Below are positions 35,189-46,020 of a stretch of DNA of 64,000 bases, piece after piece. Both the position numbers and the translations under genes were made by a program. The DNA is from Gammaproteobacteria bacterium F7 (lineage in GTDB: Bacteria > Pseudomonadota > Gammaproteobacteria > Pseudomonadales > IMCC2047). Under the pieces are notes generated by a model. That model was not told where the DNA came from. It was given only the letters and a program-made list of their open reading frames with translations, and made no database searches. How positions within the stretch are numbered: the stretch's first letter is position 1; every line of letters begins with the position of its first letter. Location of the stretch: NCBI GenBank assembly GCA_001593685.1, contig LUKI01000004.1, positions 47,668-111,667 on the forward strand. Direction: 5' to 3'.

Positions 35189-36784
35189 TTATTGGAAGGC
35201 GGCGGCGATGAGTGCTTGGGTATAAGGTTGTTGTGGGTTGCTGAATAAGTCTTCAGTGGAGCCCTGTTCAACAACCTGACCTTCTTTCATGACAATCATA
35301 CTGTGGCTGAGTGCGCGCACCACCGACAGATCATGACTGATGAAAATATAGCTGAGTTGATATTTGGCCTGTAGCTCTCGGAGTAAATCAACAATTTGGC
35401 ATTGAACGGTGCGATCTAAAGCGGATGTTGGCTCATCTAATATAATCAGTTTTGGTTTGAGGATGAGTGCACGTGCAATGGCAATACGTTGGCGCTGTCC
35501 GCCGGAAAATTCATGGGGATAGCGGTGCCGCGATTTAGGATCAAGGCCCACTTCAGTGAGTGCACTAATAATTCGTGCTTCAGATTCTGCGGCGCTACCC
35601 GGCTCATGCACTTGCAGACCTTCGCCAATAATTTCAGCGATTGACATGCGGGGGCTGAGGCTGCCAAAGGGGTCTTGAAAAACAACCTGAAGGTCACGCC
35701 GCAGGGGGCGCATTTGATCCTGAGTGAAATCGTTTATGTGATGACCGGAAAAGTTAATCGGGCCGTCGCTGCGAATGAGCCTTAATAGTGCGAGGCCCAG
35801 TGTTGTTTTGCCGGAGCCGGATTCTCCCACTACGCCAAGTGTTTGTCCCTGGCGAACCTTGATGGAAATATCATTTGCAGCTTTGACATGGTCAACGACT
35901 CGGTTAAATACCCCTTTTTTGATTGGAAACCAGACATTTAATTGATCAGTTTCAAGCATTAATTGGGCTTCAGGGGCAGCTGCTACGGGCTTACCAGAAG
36001 GCTCTGCATTTAATAAGCGCTTGCTATAGGGGTGCTGAGGCTGACGGAAAAGCTGCTGGGTATCGGCACACTCAACAATTTCCCCCTGCGCCATAACGCA
36101 AACGCGGTCACTGTAGTGACGTACGATGTTGAGGTCGTGCGTAATTAGCAAAATAGCCATGCCCAGTTTCTCACGTAGATCCATCAGCAGGTCGAGAATT
36201 TGTGCTTGAATCGTGACATCCAGCGCCGTGGTGGGCTCATCGGCAATTAACAGGTCTGGCTCATTAGCCAGCGCCATGGCGATCATGACACGTTGCCGCT
36301 GACCGCCAGAAAGTTCGTGGGGGTAGGCACTTAAACGGCGGCGAGGTTCGGGTATGCCAACCAGCTCCAGTAGCTCGATAACGCGCTCAGTGGCGGCCGG
36401 CCCCTTTAAGCCACGATGGACAAGCAGCACTTCGCGAATTTGCTTTTCAATGCTGTGCAGCGGGTTTAATGAGGTCATCGGTTCTTGAAAGATCATGCTG
36501 ACCTGGTTGCCTCGAACTTGTCGCAAGCGGGCTGGTTTCATTTGCAGAACATCTTCACCTTCAAGCAATATTTGGCCTGCCGGGTGCGACGCCGCGGGGT
36601 AGGATAGCAGTTGTAAAATTGATAGGGCGGTGACGGATTTACCCGACCCGGATTCACCGACCAGAGCAAGGGTTTCGCCGTGTTTCAGCGAGAATGAAAT
36701 GCCTTTAACGGCATGAGAAACTGTACCGCCATTCTTAAAGTCAACGTGCAGGTCTTTGACATCCAGAAAAGTTTTGTTGTTCAC
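35189..36784 (-). CDS. yejF: Peptide ABC transporter ATP-binding protein (double ABC)
   Basis: Two GESGSGK and SGGQRQR sets; GTG start at 36784 after GAGG avoids overlap with yejE. Confidence 0.9.
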   Translation of the reverse strand: MNNKTFLDVKDLHVDFKNGGTVSHAVKGISFSLKHGETLALVGESGSGKSVTALSILQLLSYPAASHPAGQILLEGEDVLQMKPARLRQVRGNQVSMIFQEPMTSLNPLHSIEKQIREVLLVHRGLKGPAATERVIELLELVGIPEPRRRLSAYPHELSGGQRQRVMIAMALANEPDLLIADEPTTALDVTIQAQILDLLMDLREKLGMAILLITHDLNIVRHYSDRVCVMAQGEIVECADTQQLFRQPQHPYSKRLLNAEPSGKPVAAAPEAQLMLETDQLNVWFPIKKGVFNRVVDHVKAANDISIKVRQGQTLGVVGESGSGKTTLGLALLRLIRSDGPINFSGHHINDFTQDQMRPLRRDLQVVFQDPFGSLSPRMSIAEIIGEGLQVHEPGSAAESEARIISALTEVGLDPKSRHRYPHEFSGGQRQRIAIARALILKPKLIILDEPTSALDRTVQCQIVDLLRELQAKYQLSYIFISHDLSVVRALSHSMIVMKEGQVVEQGSTEDLFSNPQQPYTQALIAAAFQ

Positions 36785-36794
36785 GTCAAAGGCC

Positions 36795-37835
36795 TCATAA
36801 CAATGTCTTACGCGGATCAAAGGCATCGCGGGCGGCTTCACCGATAAAGACCAGCAGAGTGAGCATTATTGATAACACCATAAAAGCGGAAATGCCGAGC
36901 CAGGGGGCTTGTAAGTTAGCTTTTCCCTGAGCCACTAATTCGCCAAGCGACGGAGAACCTGGTGGTAATCCAAAGCCCAGAAAATCCAGTGCTGTTAAGG
37001 TGGTAATGGCGCCGGTGAGAATAAAGGGTAAAAACGTCATGGTAGCGACCATGGCATTAGGCAGAATATGTCTGAACATAATGCTGCGATCAGCGACACC
37101 TAGTGCTCGGGCAGCACGAACGTATTCCAGGTTACGGCCACGCAGAAACTCTGCACGCACAACGTCGACCAGTGCCATCCAGCTAAATAGCAGCATAATG
37201 GCCAGCAGCCACCAGAAATTAGGAACTACAATACTGGATAGAATAATCAGTAGATAGAGACGAGGCATACTGCCCCAGATTTCGATAAAACGCTGGCCTA
37301 ATAGATCAATTTTACCGCCGTAGAAGCCCTGAATAGCACCGACAGCCACCCCGATAACAGAGCTTACCAGCGTTAAAATTAAACCGAATAAAACCGAGAT
37401 GCGGAAGCCGTAAATCACTCGGGCCATCACATCCCTGGCCTGATCATCTGTCCCGAGCCAGTTTTCAGCGCTGGGTGGAGACGGTGCTGGTTGATCAAGT
37501 GCGTAATTGATGGTGTCGTAGCTGTAACGAATAGGGGGCCACAGTAACCAACCCTTTTCGTTAATCAGTTCCTCTACATAAGGGTCCCGATAATCCGCTT
37601 CGCTTTCAAACTCTCCGCCGAAGGCGGTTTCGGGGTAAATGTTGAAAACGGGCAGGTAGATACTGCTGTCGTAATAGACAAGTATGGGTTTGTCATTACT
37701 GATAAACTCTGCGCCGAGTGTTAACACAAAGATTGTTAGAAAAATCCATAGCGAGTAATAACCACGTTTATGGGCCTTAAAGAGTTGCAGCCGACGCTGG
37801 TTAATGGGGTTTAGTTTAAGGTGTCGCCTGATCAT
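36795..37835 (-). CDS. yejE: Peptide ABC transporter permease
   Basis: [18 protein letters not shown] motif and EAA loop. Confidence 0.92.
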   Translation of the reverse strand: MIRRHLKLNPINQRRLQLFKAHKRGYYSLWIFLTIFVLTLGAEFISNDKPILVYYDSSIYLPVFNIYPETAFGGEFESEADYRDPYVEELINEKGWLLWPPIRYSYDTINYALDQPAPSPPSAENWLGTDDQARDVMARVIYGFRISVLFGLILTLVSSVIGVAVGAIQGFYGGKIDLLGQRFIEIWGSMPRLYLLIILSSIVVPNFWWLLAIMLLFSWMALVDVVRAEFLRGRNLEYVRAARALGVADRSIMFRHILPNAMVATMTFLPFILTGAITTLTALDFLGFGLPPGSPSLGELVAQGKANLQAPWLGISAFMVLSIMLTLLVFIGEAARDAFDPRKTLL

Positions 37836-38929
37836 ACGTTGCGACTCTCAAAATCAATGCGGGGGTCAACCAAACTGTAGGTGATGTCGCTTATTAACTT
37901 AATCAGCATACCAATCAGCGTAAAGATAAACAGTGTGCCAAAGAACACGGGGTAATCACGGTTTAGCACGGCTTCAAAACTGAGTAGCCCCAGACCATCC
38001 AGCGAGAAAATCACTTCAATTAATAGCGCACCGGTAAAAAATATTTCAATCACTGCGGCTGGAAAACCGGCAATGATAATGAGCATGGCGTTGCGAAATA
38101 CATGGCCGTACAACACTCTTTTTTCTTCCAACCCCTTAGCTCGAGCGGTGATCACGTATTGCTTGTTAATTTCATCGAGAAAGGAGTTTTTAGTCAACAT
38201 GGTGAGGGTGGCAAAACCGCCGATCACCATCGCGCAAATAGGCAGTACCAGATGCCAAAAATAATCAGCTATTTTTTCCAGTGTTGTCATCTGCTCCCAG
38301 TCCGGTGAGGTTAATCCTCGTAACGGAAACCAGTCTAAATAACTGCCACCGGCAAAAAACACAATCAGGAAAATGGCAAACAAAAAACCGGGAATGGCAT
38401 AGCCAATAATGACCACTGAACTGGTCCAGACATCGAAGGCTGAACCATGTTTGATGGCCTTGCGAATACCGAGCGGTATGGAAATTAGATAGACTAACAG
38501 GGTTGTCCAGAGTCCCAGGGAAATCGATACGGGCATCTTTTCTACGATGAGATCAGTCACTTTAGCGTCGCGGAAAAAACTGTCACCGAAATCAAACATC
38601 GCATAGTTTTTTATCATTAACCAAAAACGTTCATGCGCGGGTTTATCAAAGCCGTAAAGCTTTTCTATTTTGTCGACTAATTCCGGATCAAGCCCCTGTG
38701 CGCCTTGATACTTGGTGTTTTGATTACTGCTGACGTTAAGGTTACGCACCTCTCCCTGGCTTGAGCCGCCAATGCGTGATGTGGCGCCGCTGTCTAATCC
38801 CTGCATGCGCGCGAGCATTTGCTCAACAGGACCGCCAGGGGCAATTTGTACCACCGCAAAGTTGATAAACATGATGCCGAACAGCGTCGGAATCATCAGC
38901 AGCAATCGGCGGATGATATAGGCTTGCAT
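37832..38929 (-). CDS. yejB: Peptide ABC transporter permease
   Basis: [27 protein letters not shown] and DPRIDF motifs. Confidence 0.93.
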   Translation of the reverse strand: MQAYIIRRLLLMIPTLFGIMFINFAVVQIAPGGPVEQMLARMQGLDSGATSRIGGSSQGEVRNLNVSSNQNTKYQGAQGLDPELVDKIEKLYGFDKPAHERFWLMIKNYAMFDFGDSFFRDAKVTDLIVEKMPVSISLGLWTTLLVYLISIPLGIRKAIKHGSAFDVWTSSVVIIGYAIPGFLFAIFLIVFFAGGSYLDWFPLRGLTSPDWEQMTTLEKIADYFWHLVLPICAMVIGGFATLTMLTKNSFLDEINKQYVITARAKGLEEKRVLYGHVFRNAMLIIIAGFPAAVIEIFFTGALLIEVIFSLDGLGLLSFEAVLNRDYPVFFGTLFIFTLIGMLIKLISDITYSLVDPRIDFESRNV

Positions 38930-38950
38930 ATTAGGATCTATTAATAACGG

Positions 38951-40798
38951 CTATTTTTGTTTTTGTTGAGCGGCGGCACTGGCGCCTTTAAACCACCAGT
39001 TGTCCAAACCCAGAGCAAATTTTGGGTTGATGGCGGGTCGAGAAAACTTATCCCAATAGGCAACACGGTATTTGCGTGTGTGATACTGAGGAATCACATA
39101 ATGCCCCCAAAGCAAAACCCGATCAAGCGCGCGCGTACGATGAATCAGGGCTTCTCGGTCAGGCGCATTGATCACCAGCTTAATTAATTCGTCAATGACG
39201 GGGTTTTTGATACCGATACGGTTTCGGCTACCGGGTCGATCAGCTTCACTGGAGTGCCAGAAATCACGCTGCTCATTGCCGGGGGAGTTTGATTGTCCAA
39301 AGGTGCCAACGATCATATCAAAGTCAAAGCTGTTAATACGGTTAACGTACTGTTGTGTGTCGACGACTCGAATAGCGGCTTCGATACCGAGGCGTTCCAG
39401 GTTCTTCTTAAAGGGTAGTACGATGCGTTCGAACTCAGGAGCTATCAGCATAATCTCGAATGTCATCGTTTCGCCGGACCGGTCATTGGTCAATTGATTG
39501 TTTTTGATGGTCCAGCCGGCTTGTTTCAATAAACGCTGCGCTTGCCTTAAGTTGTTACGAATGTTGCCGTCGCCGTTGGTGGTGGGTACTTGGTAAGCCT
39601 TCGTAAACAGTTCGGCGGGTAACTGCTCTCGGAAGGGCTCGAGAATAGCAAGCTCTTCACGGCTCGGTAAGCCGCTTGAGGCGAGCTCGGAATTAGAAAA
39701 ATAGCTGGTGGTACGCGAATAAGCGCCGTAAAAAAGCTGTTTGTTAGTCCACTCAAAGTCAAAGGCATAGGAAAGCGCACGACGTACCAGCGGATCACTG
39801 AAGTAGGGTTGGCGGATATTGAATACAAACCCCTGCATGCCGGTTGGATTTTGATGTTCAATTTCAGCTTTGATGATCTGACCACTATCAAACTGAGGCC
39901 CTGTGTAAGCTGTGTGCCAGGTTTTGGAGGTGTTCTCGATACGAAGGTCAAATTCGTTAGATTTCAGGGCTTCCAGTGCGACATTGTTATCGCGGTAATA
40001 ATCGTAACGGATCGTATCGAAGTTATAGCGGCCCTTATTCACGGCGATATCTTTGCCCCAATAGTCGGGGTTACGTTGATAAACGATCGCTCGGCCGGGA
40101 TCGACTTCTGAAATGCTATAAGGACCGCTGCCAACCGGAATCTCAAGGGAGGATTTATTGAATTCGCGGCCCTGCCAGTAGTGTTTCGGTAAAATTGGTA
40201 GTTGCCCCATGATCAGAGGTAGCTCTTTATTTTCGCCGTTACGGAAACTGAATTTTACGGTGAGCTCATCGAGCGCTTCACTTTGGATCACGTCATGATA
40301 ATAGGTGGCGTAAAGCGGGTGCCCCTGTGTCGTCAGCAGTTCGAAGCTGAAAAGTACATCTTCAGCGGTAATGGCTTTACCATCCTGAAAGCGAGCCTTT
40401 GGGTTGATATAGAAGGTTACCCACGATCTATCGGCGGGCATTTCTATCTGTTCAGCAATTAGACCGTATTGCGTAAAGGGTTCGTCATCGGCCTGAGTCG
40501 TTAGTGAATCATATAAATAATTACGACCCAACAGCGTCAAACCGGCCGCGGATACGCCCTTGATAATATAGGGGTTTAAACTATCAAAACCGCTGCTGCT
40601 AACCGCAGCCAAACGTAATGTGCCGCCTTTTTTAGCGTTAGGGTCGGCATACTGAAAATGCTCAAAATCAGCCGCATATTTTGGGCTTCCATGCATGGCA
40701 AGCGCATGTGTCGGTGAGGACGCTGCTGTGGTAGCACCACTGCCCAGTAGTGAACAAACGAAAATAACAGCCGTAGCCAAATAATGAATTAGGGGCAT
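38951..40798 (-). CDS. yejA: YejA-like extracellular solute-binding protein (family 5)
   Basis: HALAMHG.PKY..DF.HF.Y..P.AKKGG motif; signal peptide. Confidence 0.88.
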   Translation of the reverse strand: MPLIHYLATAVIFVCSLLGSGATTAASSPTHALAMHGSPKYAADFEHFQYADPNAKKGGTLRLAAVSSSGFDSLNPYIIKGVSAAGLTLLGRNYLYDSLTTQADDEPFTQYGLIAEQIEMPADRSWVTFYINPKARFQDGKAITAEDVLFSFELLTTQGHPLYATYYHDVIQSEALDELTVKFSFRNGENKELPLIMGQLPILPKHYWQGREFNKSSLEIPVGSGPYSISEVDPGRAIVYQRNPDYWGKDIAVNKGRYNFDTIRYDYYRDNNVALEALKSNEFDLRIENTSKTWHTAYTGPQFDSGQIIKAEIEHQNPTGMQGFVFNIRQPYFSDPLVRRALSYAFDFEWTNKQLFYGAYSRTTSYFSNSELASSGLPSREELAILEPFREQLPAELFTKAYQVPTTNGDGNIRNNLRQAQRLLKQAGWTIKNNQLTNDRSGETMTFEIMLIAPEFERIVLPFKKNLERLGIEAAIRVVDTQQYVNRINSFDFDMIVGTFGQSNSPGNEQRDFWHSSEADRPGSRNRIGIKNPVIDELIKLVINAPDREALIHRTRALDRVLLWGHYVIPQYHTRKYRVAYWDKFSRPAINPKFALGLDNWWFKGASAAAQQKQK

Positions 40799-40816
40799 TC
40801 ACAGGTTTCCATTTAA

Positions 40817-42694
40817 TCAAAGGTTAGCGTTCTTGTTGTTACCAGTGGCAGCTTGCTTAAACCACCAATCCCTAAAGTTAAAAGCATAGGGCGGCGACTT
40901 TTTGGGACGTCCAAATTTATCCCAATAAGCAATGCGATGATAGGGTAAATGATATTGTGGAATGCTGTAATGATGCCAGAGTAATAGGCGATCCAGTGCT
41001 CGGCTGGCATGTAACAGTTGCTGGCGCGACTCAGCGTTGATTATTTTGTTAACCAGCGCATCGGCAACCGGGTGGCTGACACCGCTGTAATTGAGCGCTC
41101 CGGGTGTATTTGCCTGCTCGGAGCTAAAATAGAGGTTTAACTCATAGCTGGGCGATAGGCCGTGCACAAGAACCTCGACAATCATATCGAAATCAAAGTG
41201 TGTGACACGATTTTTAAACTGGGTCCGGTCAACATTACGTAGCTGCATGTCGACGCCGATGCGTTTGAGGTTACGTTTGAAGGGCAGTAACACTTTCGCA
41301 AAACTGGGCTGATCAAATAGCACCTCAAAACTTAAGGTCTGACCAGTTTTGCTATGGGTCATTTGATGGTTTTTTAATTGCCAGCCAGCGGCTTTGAGTA
41401 GCTTGAGTGCTTTACGCTGTTGTTTTCGCAGGGTGCCTTTGCCATTCGTTACGGGAGGCTTAAAAGCATCGCTGAACAGCGCTGGAGGTAATTGATGTTT
41501 ATAGGGCGCCAATAGTGCCAATTCTTCAGCGCCTGGTTTGCCTTTAGCGCCAAGTTCTGTATTTGGGAAAAAGCTGCTGTTGCGAGTGTAAGCATTAAAA
41601 AAAATTGATCGGTTTAACCATTCAAAATCAAACATCAGACCGATGGCTTCACGCACTCGTATGTCGGCAAATATGTCCCGACGGGTATTGAAGAAAAATG
41701 CCTGGTAACCGGTGGGGATGCTGTGGTTGATTTCGAGTTTTTTAACCTTGCCCTGTTGGAGCGCCGGAAAGTCATAACCGGTTGCCCAGTTGCTGGAGAT
41801 ATACTCCCGATAGACGTCAAACTCGTTGGATTTGAAAGCTTCGAAAGCAACGTGTAAGTCGCGATAATAATCGACACTGACCTCATCGAAATTATAACGC
41901 CCACGGTTCACTGGCAGGTCTTTTCCCCAATAATCCCTGACTCGTTTGAAGACAATGCTGCGCCCCGGTTCAAAGTGGCTGATACGGTAGGGACCACTGC
42001 CTAAGGGCGGAACCAGAAGCGATTTTTCAAAATCGCGACCTTCCCAAAAGGCCTTGGACATCACCGGTAACTCCCCCACACGCAGCGGTAGGGCCCGTGT
42101 GTCAGTACCTTTAAAATTGAACTTAACACGCAGTACACTGAGTTTTTCAACGCTTTCTACGTCAGCAAAAACCTGGGCGAAGCGTGGATGCCCATGTTTG
42201 ACCAAGGTATGAAAAGAAAAAATAACATCGTCAGCGGTGATGGCGCTACCATCATGGAAACGTGCCAGAGGGCGGAGGTTGAAAATTGCCCAGCTACGAT
42301 CTTTTGGGTATTCGATACTTTCGGCGATCAAGCCGTAAGCCGTTTGGGCTTCATCGCCTGACGGCGCGTAATTGCCGGTGCCGACCATTAAGGGTTCGTT
42401 TAGCTCAAACACGCCCCATTTTGAAAAGCCCGGCGACATAAAGGGACTAATACCTTTAAGGGTGTAGGGGTTGAGCGTGTCAAAGGTGCCGCTGCCCATC
42501 AGACGAACCGAACCACCTTTGGGGGCATTTGGGTTTACATAGTCAAAGTGCTCAAAATCAGCGCCGTATTTAGGTTCACCATGCAGGGCTATGCCGTGTG
42601 AGACCGTAATTTCAGCGGAAACAGGAAGTGCCACGGCCAATAACACAAAGGTTAACAGGGTGATGAAATGTGGGGAACGGTGGTCGCGTAACAC
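40817..42694 (-). CDS. Second YejA-like solute-binding protein
   Basis: HGIALHGEPKY..DFEHFDYVNPNAPKGG; paralog of the downstream gene. Confidence 0.88.
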   Translation of the reverse strand: MLRDHRSPHFITLLTFVLLAVALPVSAEITVSHGIALHGEPKYGADFEHFDYVNPNAPKGGSVRLMGSGTFDTLNPYTLKGISPFMSPGFSKWGVFELNEPLMVGTGNYAPSGDEAQTAYGLIAESIEYPKDRSWAIFNLRPLARFHDGSAITADDVIFSFHTLVKHGHPRFAQVFADVESVEKLSVLRVKFNFKGTDTRALPLRVGELPVMSKAFWEGRDFEKSLLVPPLGSGPYRISHFEPGRSIVFKRVRDYWGKDLPVNRGRYNFDEVSVDYYRDLHVAFEAFKSNEFDVYREYISSNWATGYDFPALQQGKVKKLEINHSIPTGYQAFFFNTRRDIFADIRVREAIGLMFDFEWLNRSIFFNAYTRNSSFFPNTELGAKGKPGAEELALLAPYKHQLPPALFSDAFKPPVTNGKGTLRKQQRKALKLLKAAGWQLKNHQMTHSKTGQTLSFEVLFDQPSFAKVLLPFKRNLKRIGVDMQLRNVDRTQFKNRVTHFDFDMIVEVLVHGLSPSYELNLYFSSEQANTPGALNYSGVSHPVADALVNKIINAESRQQLLHASRALDRLLLWHHYSIPQYHLPYHRIAYWDKFGRPKKSPPYAFNFRDWWFKQAATGNNKNANL

Positions 42695-42855
42695 GTTGAG
42701 TCGGCCTAAAATAGAATTAAGTGGAATGATAATGACAACTAAACGGCAAAAAAGATCTGCCCGTTGCCATTATTGACCCGTTGAAAACAAAGTGCAGCAT
42801 TAATGCTGTAATAAAGATCCAACAAATATCGACAGAGTAATAACAGGTTGGATGT

Positions 42856-43410
42856 ATGGAAGTGATTTTAAGTGTCGTACCCCTGGAATGGGGAGGCATT
42901 GGCAGCGCATTGCTGGCTGGTGCGATTATTGGTCTTGAGCGTCAAATCATGGGTAAAGCGGTGGGGATTCGCACCAGCTCGTTGATTTGCCTGGCCACTT
43001 ATCTTTTTATTGCAATCTCTTTTGCCGCAACGGACGCCTTTTTCACAAGTCGTGTGGTTTCTGACCCGTCAAGGATTATTGGTCAGGTAGTCACAGGTGT
43101 TGGTTTTCTGGGCGCCGGTGTCATTATTGCCCGCGATGGCGTTGTGCTAGGGGTTACCTCTGCGGCGGTGATATGGATTTTAGCCGCTATTGGTGTGGTG
43201 GTTGGTGTTGGTCACCATATGCTGGGTATTCTTCTGGCATTACTGACGGTATTGGTTCTTGTTGGGTTGGACTACATGGAAAGCGGTTTCAAGTGGTTGC
43301 AAAAAAGTGTCGATGAAACATTGATTCATCGTGGAAAAAATGGGCACTCAAAAAATGGCAGCAAGCAACATGACGCTCAAAGTAACGACGAAGAAAGAAA
43401 AGAAGACTAA
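42856..43410 (+). CDS. MgtC/SapB family membrane protein
   Basis: IGLERQ..GKAVGIRT, DPSRIIGQVVTGVGFLGAG and GVTSAA.IW motifs. Confidence 0.92.
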   Translation: MEVILSVVPLEWGGIGSALLAGAIIGLERQIMGKAVGIRTSSLICLATYLFIAISFAATDAFFTSRVVSDPSRIIGQVVTGVGFLGAGVIIARDGVVLGVTSAAVIWILAAIGVVVGVGHHMLGILLALLTVLVLVGLDYMESGFKWLQKSVDETLIHRGKNGHSKNGSKQHDAQSNDEERKED

Positions 43411-43436
43411 AAAGCGTCACATGCAGCTGTTTGCGC

Positions 43437-45071
43437 TTATAAACTGGCGCGTGTTACGTCAACATAGAGTTTTAAAGACTGGCCTGGTTGCAGATATTTC
43501 TGACGATTAATACCGTTCCAATCTTCGATATCACTGATGCGTATATTAAATTTTTGTGAGATACGAGCGAGCGAGTCTCCTGAACGTACCCTGTAGCTCA
43601 CCTTGCGGATCAGCTGGCGGCTATTGTTTGATGAGTTGGCCGCTTTACTCCAGATGACCAGTTTTTGACCCTCTCTCAAGACATCTGTGGTGCCGAGGTT
43701 ATTCCAGCGTGCCACATCGCGCATGCCGACATCGTAACGGCGGGCAATTTTCCAGAAACTGTCGCCCGACTTAGTGATATGAATCTGCTTGATGCGATTC
43801 GACAGTGATGTACGGTTCTGCTTATTTTTAAGGCGTTGGCCGGCGCTGAACACATATTGCTCTGAGCCCTTGCTGGCAACAGGAACAAATAATGCTTTGC
43901 CGGCACGAATACGGTTACTGTGAAGGTCGTTAATTTCACGTAATGCTTTGCTGGTTGTGCGGTAATGTGCGGCAATTGTGCTAATCGTATCGCCGGGTTT
44001 TATCGTGTAGCGCACCCAGTTTATGCGTTTATCCTTTGGTAATTGTGCCAGTCTTTCTTCAAAAGCAGCGGCCTTTTTAACAGGAACAATCAATTGGTGA
44101 GGGCCCTCAGGGCTGGTGGCCCATCGATTGAAGCCGGGGTTTAGCAGATAGAGTTCATCAAGTTCTATATCGGCAAGTTCAGCAGCTTGCGCCAAATCGA
44201 TTTGTGAGCCAACGTCAACGCTGGCGAAGTAGGGCTCATCCTTAACGGCAGGGAACTCCACGCCATAACGGGCTGGTTCATTGAGAATTTGCGCCAGTGC
44301 GATTAATTTTGGCACATAAGCCTCTGTTTCCTTAGGTAAACGTAGCGACCAGAAATCAGTTGCTTTTCCCTGTCTGCGGTTTGCACGAATGGCTTTGTTG
44401 ACATTGCCTTCGCCGGAATTATAGGCAGCGAGGGCTAACAGCCAATCACCATCGAAACGTTTATGTAAGTAGTTCATATAGTTGATGGCCGCTTGCGTTG
44501 ATTTAACAACGTCACGTCGACCGTCGTACCACCAGTCCTGTTTTAAGCCAAAGCGTTTACCGGTAGCGGGGATAAACTGCCACATGCCCGAGGCCCGGCC
44601 ATGAGAATAGGCAAAGGGGTCAAAGGCGCTCTCAACAATCGGTAACAATGCTAATTCAGCTGGCATATTATGCTCTTCGAGAGCATTGGCTACGTGGAAA
44701 AGGTAGCGTTCGGCGCGTTTAGAAACACGTTTAAAATAATCAGGGTGCTTTGCGTACCAGTTACGTTGTTGGCGAATGGCTTTGTTGTCTATGTCCAAAT
44801 CAAAACTGAAATTATTGCGTATACGCGCCCATACATTACCAACGGCAGGCGGTTGAGTCTTAATAAGGTTGGCGGCTGAGAGTTTTTCAGCCATTATTTT
44901 GGAGGGGCTTAGTGTACTGGCGGTGTTTGTTTTAAGTTCGTTTGCGGCTGCTTGTACATCATCTTTTGATGCTGTTTTTTCGTGACTTTTTTGGGTAGCA
45001 CAAGCCGTTAAAACAGCAGTGCTTGCTAACCATAATAAGATAAATAAAAATTTAGGTTTAATCTTTAACAT
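43437..45071 (-). CDS. mltD: Membrane-bound lytic murein transglycosylase D (SLT plus 3 LysM)
   Basis: Lipobox LTAC after ATG 45071; PIVESAF, GMWQF and LAAYNSGEG motifs; LysM repeats. Confidence 0.95.
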   Translation of the reverse strand: MLKIKPKFLFILLWLASTAVLTACATQKSHEKTASKDDVQAAANELKTNTASTLSPSKIMAEKLSAANLIKTQPPAVGNVWARIRNNFSFDLDIDNKAIRQQRNWYAKHPDYFKRVSKRAERYLFHVANALEEHNMPAELALLPIVESAFDPFAYSHGRASGMWQFIPATGKRFGLKQDWWYDGRRDVVKSTQAAINYMNYLHKRFDGDWLLALAAYNSGEGNVNKAIRANRRQGKATDFWSLRLPKETEAYVPKLIALAQILNEPARYGVEFPAVKDEPYFASVDVGSQIDLAQAAELADIELDELYLLNPGFNRWATSPEGPHQLIVPVKKAAAFEERLAQLPKDKRINWVRYTIKPGDTISTIAAHYRTTSKALREINDLHSNRIRAGKALFVPVASKGSEQYVFSAGQRLKNKQNRTSLSNRIKQIHITKSGDSFWKIARRYDVGMRDVARWNNLGTTDVLREGQKLVIWSKAANSSNNSRQLIRKVSYRVRSGDSLARISQKFNIRISDIEDWNGINRQKYLQPGQSLKLYVDVTRASL

Positions 45072-45139
45072 ATTGATTTTAATAATTAATAAGGTGGTTT
45101 TTTGTTGATAATTTGCCAAGTTTAGCTTAAGCATCGTCT

Positions 45140-45916
45140 TTAAAACTGATCTTTCCAAAGACGGGTATGGCGGAATACATCAACGGGACGGTTGAGTGAC
45201 AGCTGGAAATGTTTGCTCACATTATTCTTTATGGAGTCTTTGTCACTGCGTAAAAATGGATTGATGGCTAATTGCTCTTTCAAGGTGGTGGGGAGTGTTG
45301 CTTGCCCATTATCACGCAATTGTTGGCACTTCACTTGGTAGGTGTGAAGGTGCTGGTTATCAGGCTCCACAGCAAGTGCAAAGTCCACATTAGCGAGTGT
45401 ATATTCATGGGTTGGGTAAATAACCGTGTCTTCGGTTAGCAGGGTGTATTTCTGCAGTGAAGCGTACATTTGCTCAGCACTGCCTTCAAATAAGCGTCCG
45501 CAACCGCAGGAAAAAAGGCTGTCGCCGCAGAACAATAACGGCTTGCTGCTGCCATGACTAATATAGGCAATGTGATCCAAGGTGTGCCCCGGTACTTCCA
45601 GCACGGCAAAGGTTTCATCAAGGATGCTGATTTTATCGCCCTCTGTCAGCGGTGTATCAATATGTGGGATTGCTGAGTTGTTTGGGCCATAAACCGGTAC
45701 CTTACCTTCGGCTAGTAGCTTTTCAACTCCACCAATATGATCATGGTGGTGGTGGGTTATCAGGATAGCTTCGAGCGTTAATCCGTGCTTTTTTAGATAA
45801 GTCATTACCGGTTCGGATTGTCCGGGGTCAACAACAACGGCGCGTTGTGTCTCTGGGCGTTGTAAAAGCCAGATATAGTTATCGTTGAAGGCGGGGATAG
45901 GGGTAACTGTCAGCAT
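45140..45916 (-). CDS. gloB: Hydroxyacylglutathione hydrolase
   Basis: THHHHDHIGG, PGHT, GDSLFSCGCGR and HEYT motifs. Confidence 0.96.
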   Translation of the reverse strand: MLTVTPIPAFNDNYIWLLQRPETQRAVVVDPGQSEPVMTYLKKHGLTLEAILITHHHHDHIGGVEKLLAEGKVPVYGPNNSAIPHIDTPLTEGDKISILDETFAVLEVPGHTLDHIAYISHGSSKPLLFCGDSLFSCGCGRLFEGSAEQMYASLQKYTLLTEDTVIYPTHEYTLANVDFALAVEPDNQHLHTYQVKCQQLRDNGQATLPTTLKEQLAINPFLRSDKDSIKNNVSKHFQLSLNRPVDVFRHTRLWKDQF

Positions 45917-46020
45917 AGTCAGGGCACAACTCGGTTCAGAAAATGATTACAGGGCGTATAATAGTCAAGCACAGGTTTATTTACTATCGTTAGCTATTGT
46001 GATTAGTCGTAGGTGTCAAC

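Noticed and set aside
38951-42694. Tandem YejA-like paralogs as a novelty
   Set aside because: Two binding proteins upstream of yejBEF is a known arrangement in Pseudomonas-like genomes.
45072-45158. Longer mltD start; likewise the longer ORF-track starts of sucC, prmB, gor, cysS, clpP and yejF
   Set aside because: Downstream starts fit RBS position, the signal peptide/lipobox or typical homolog N-termini better.
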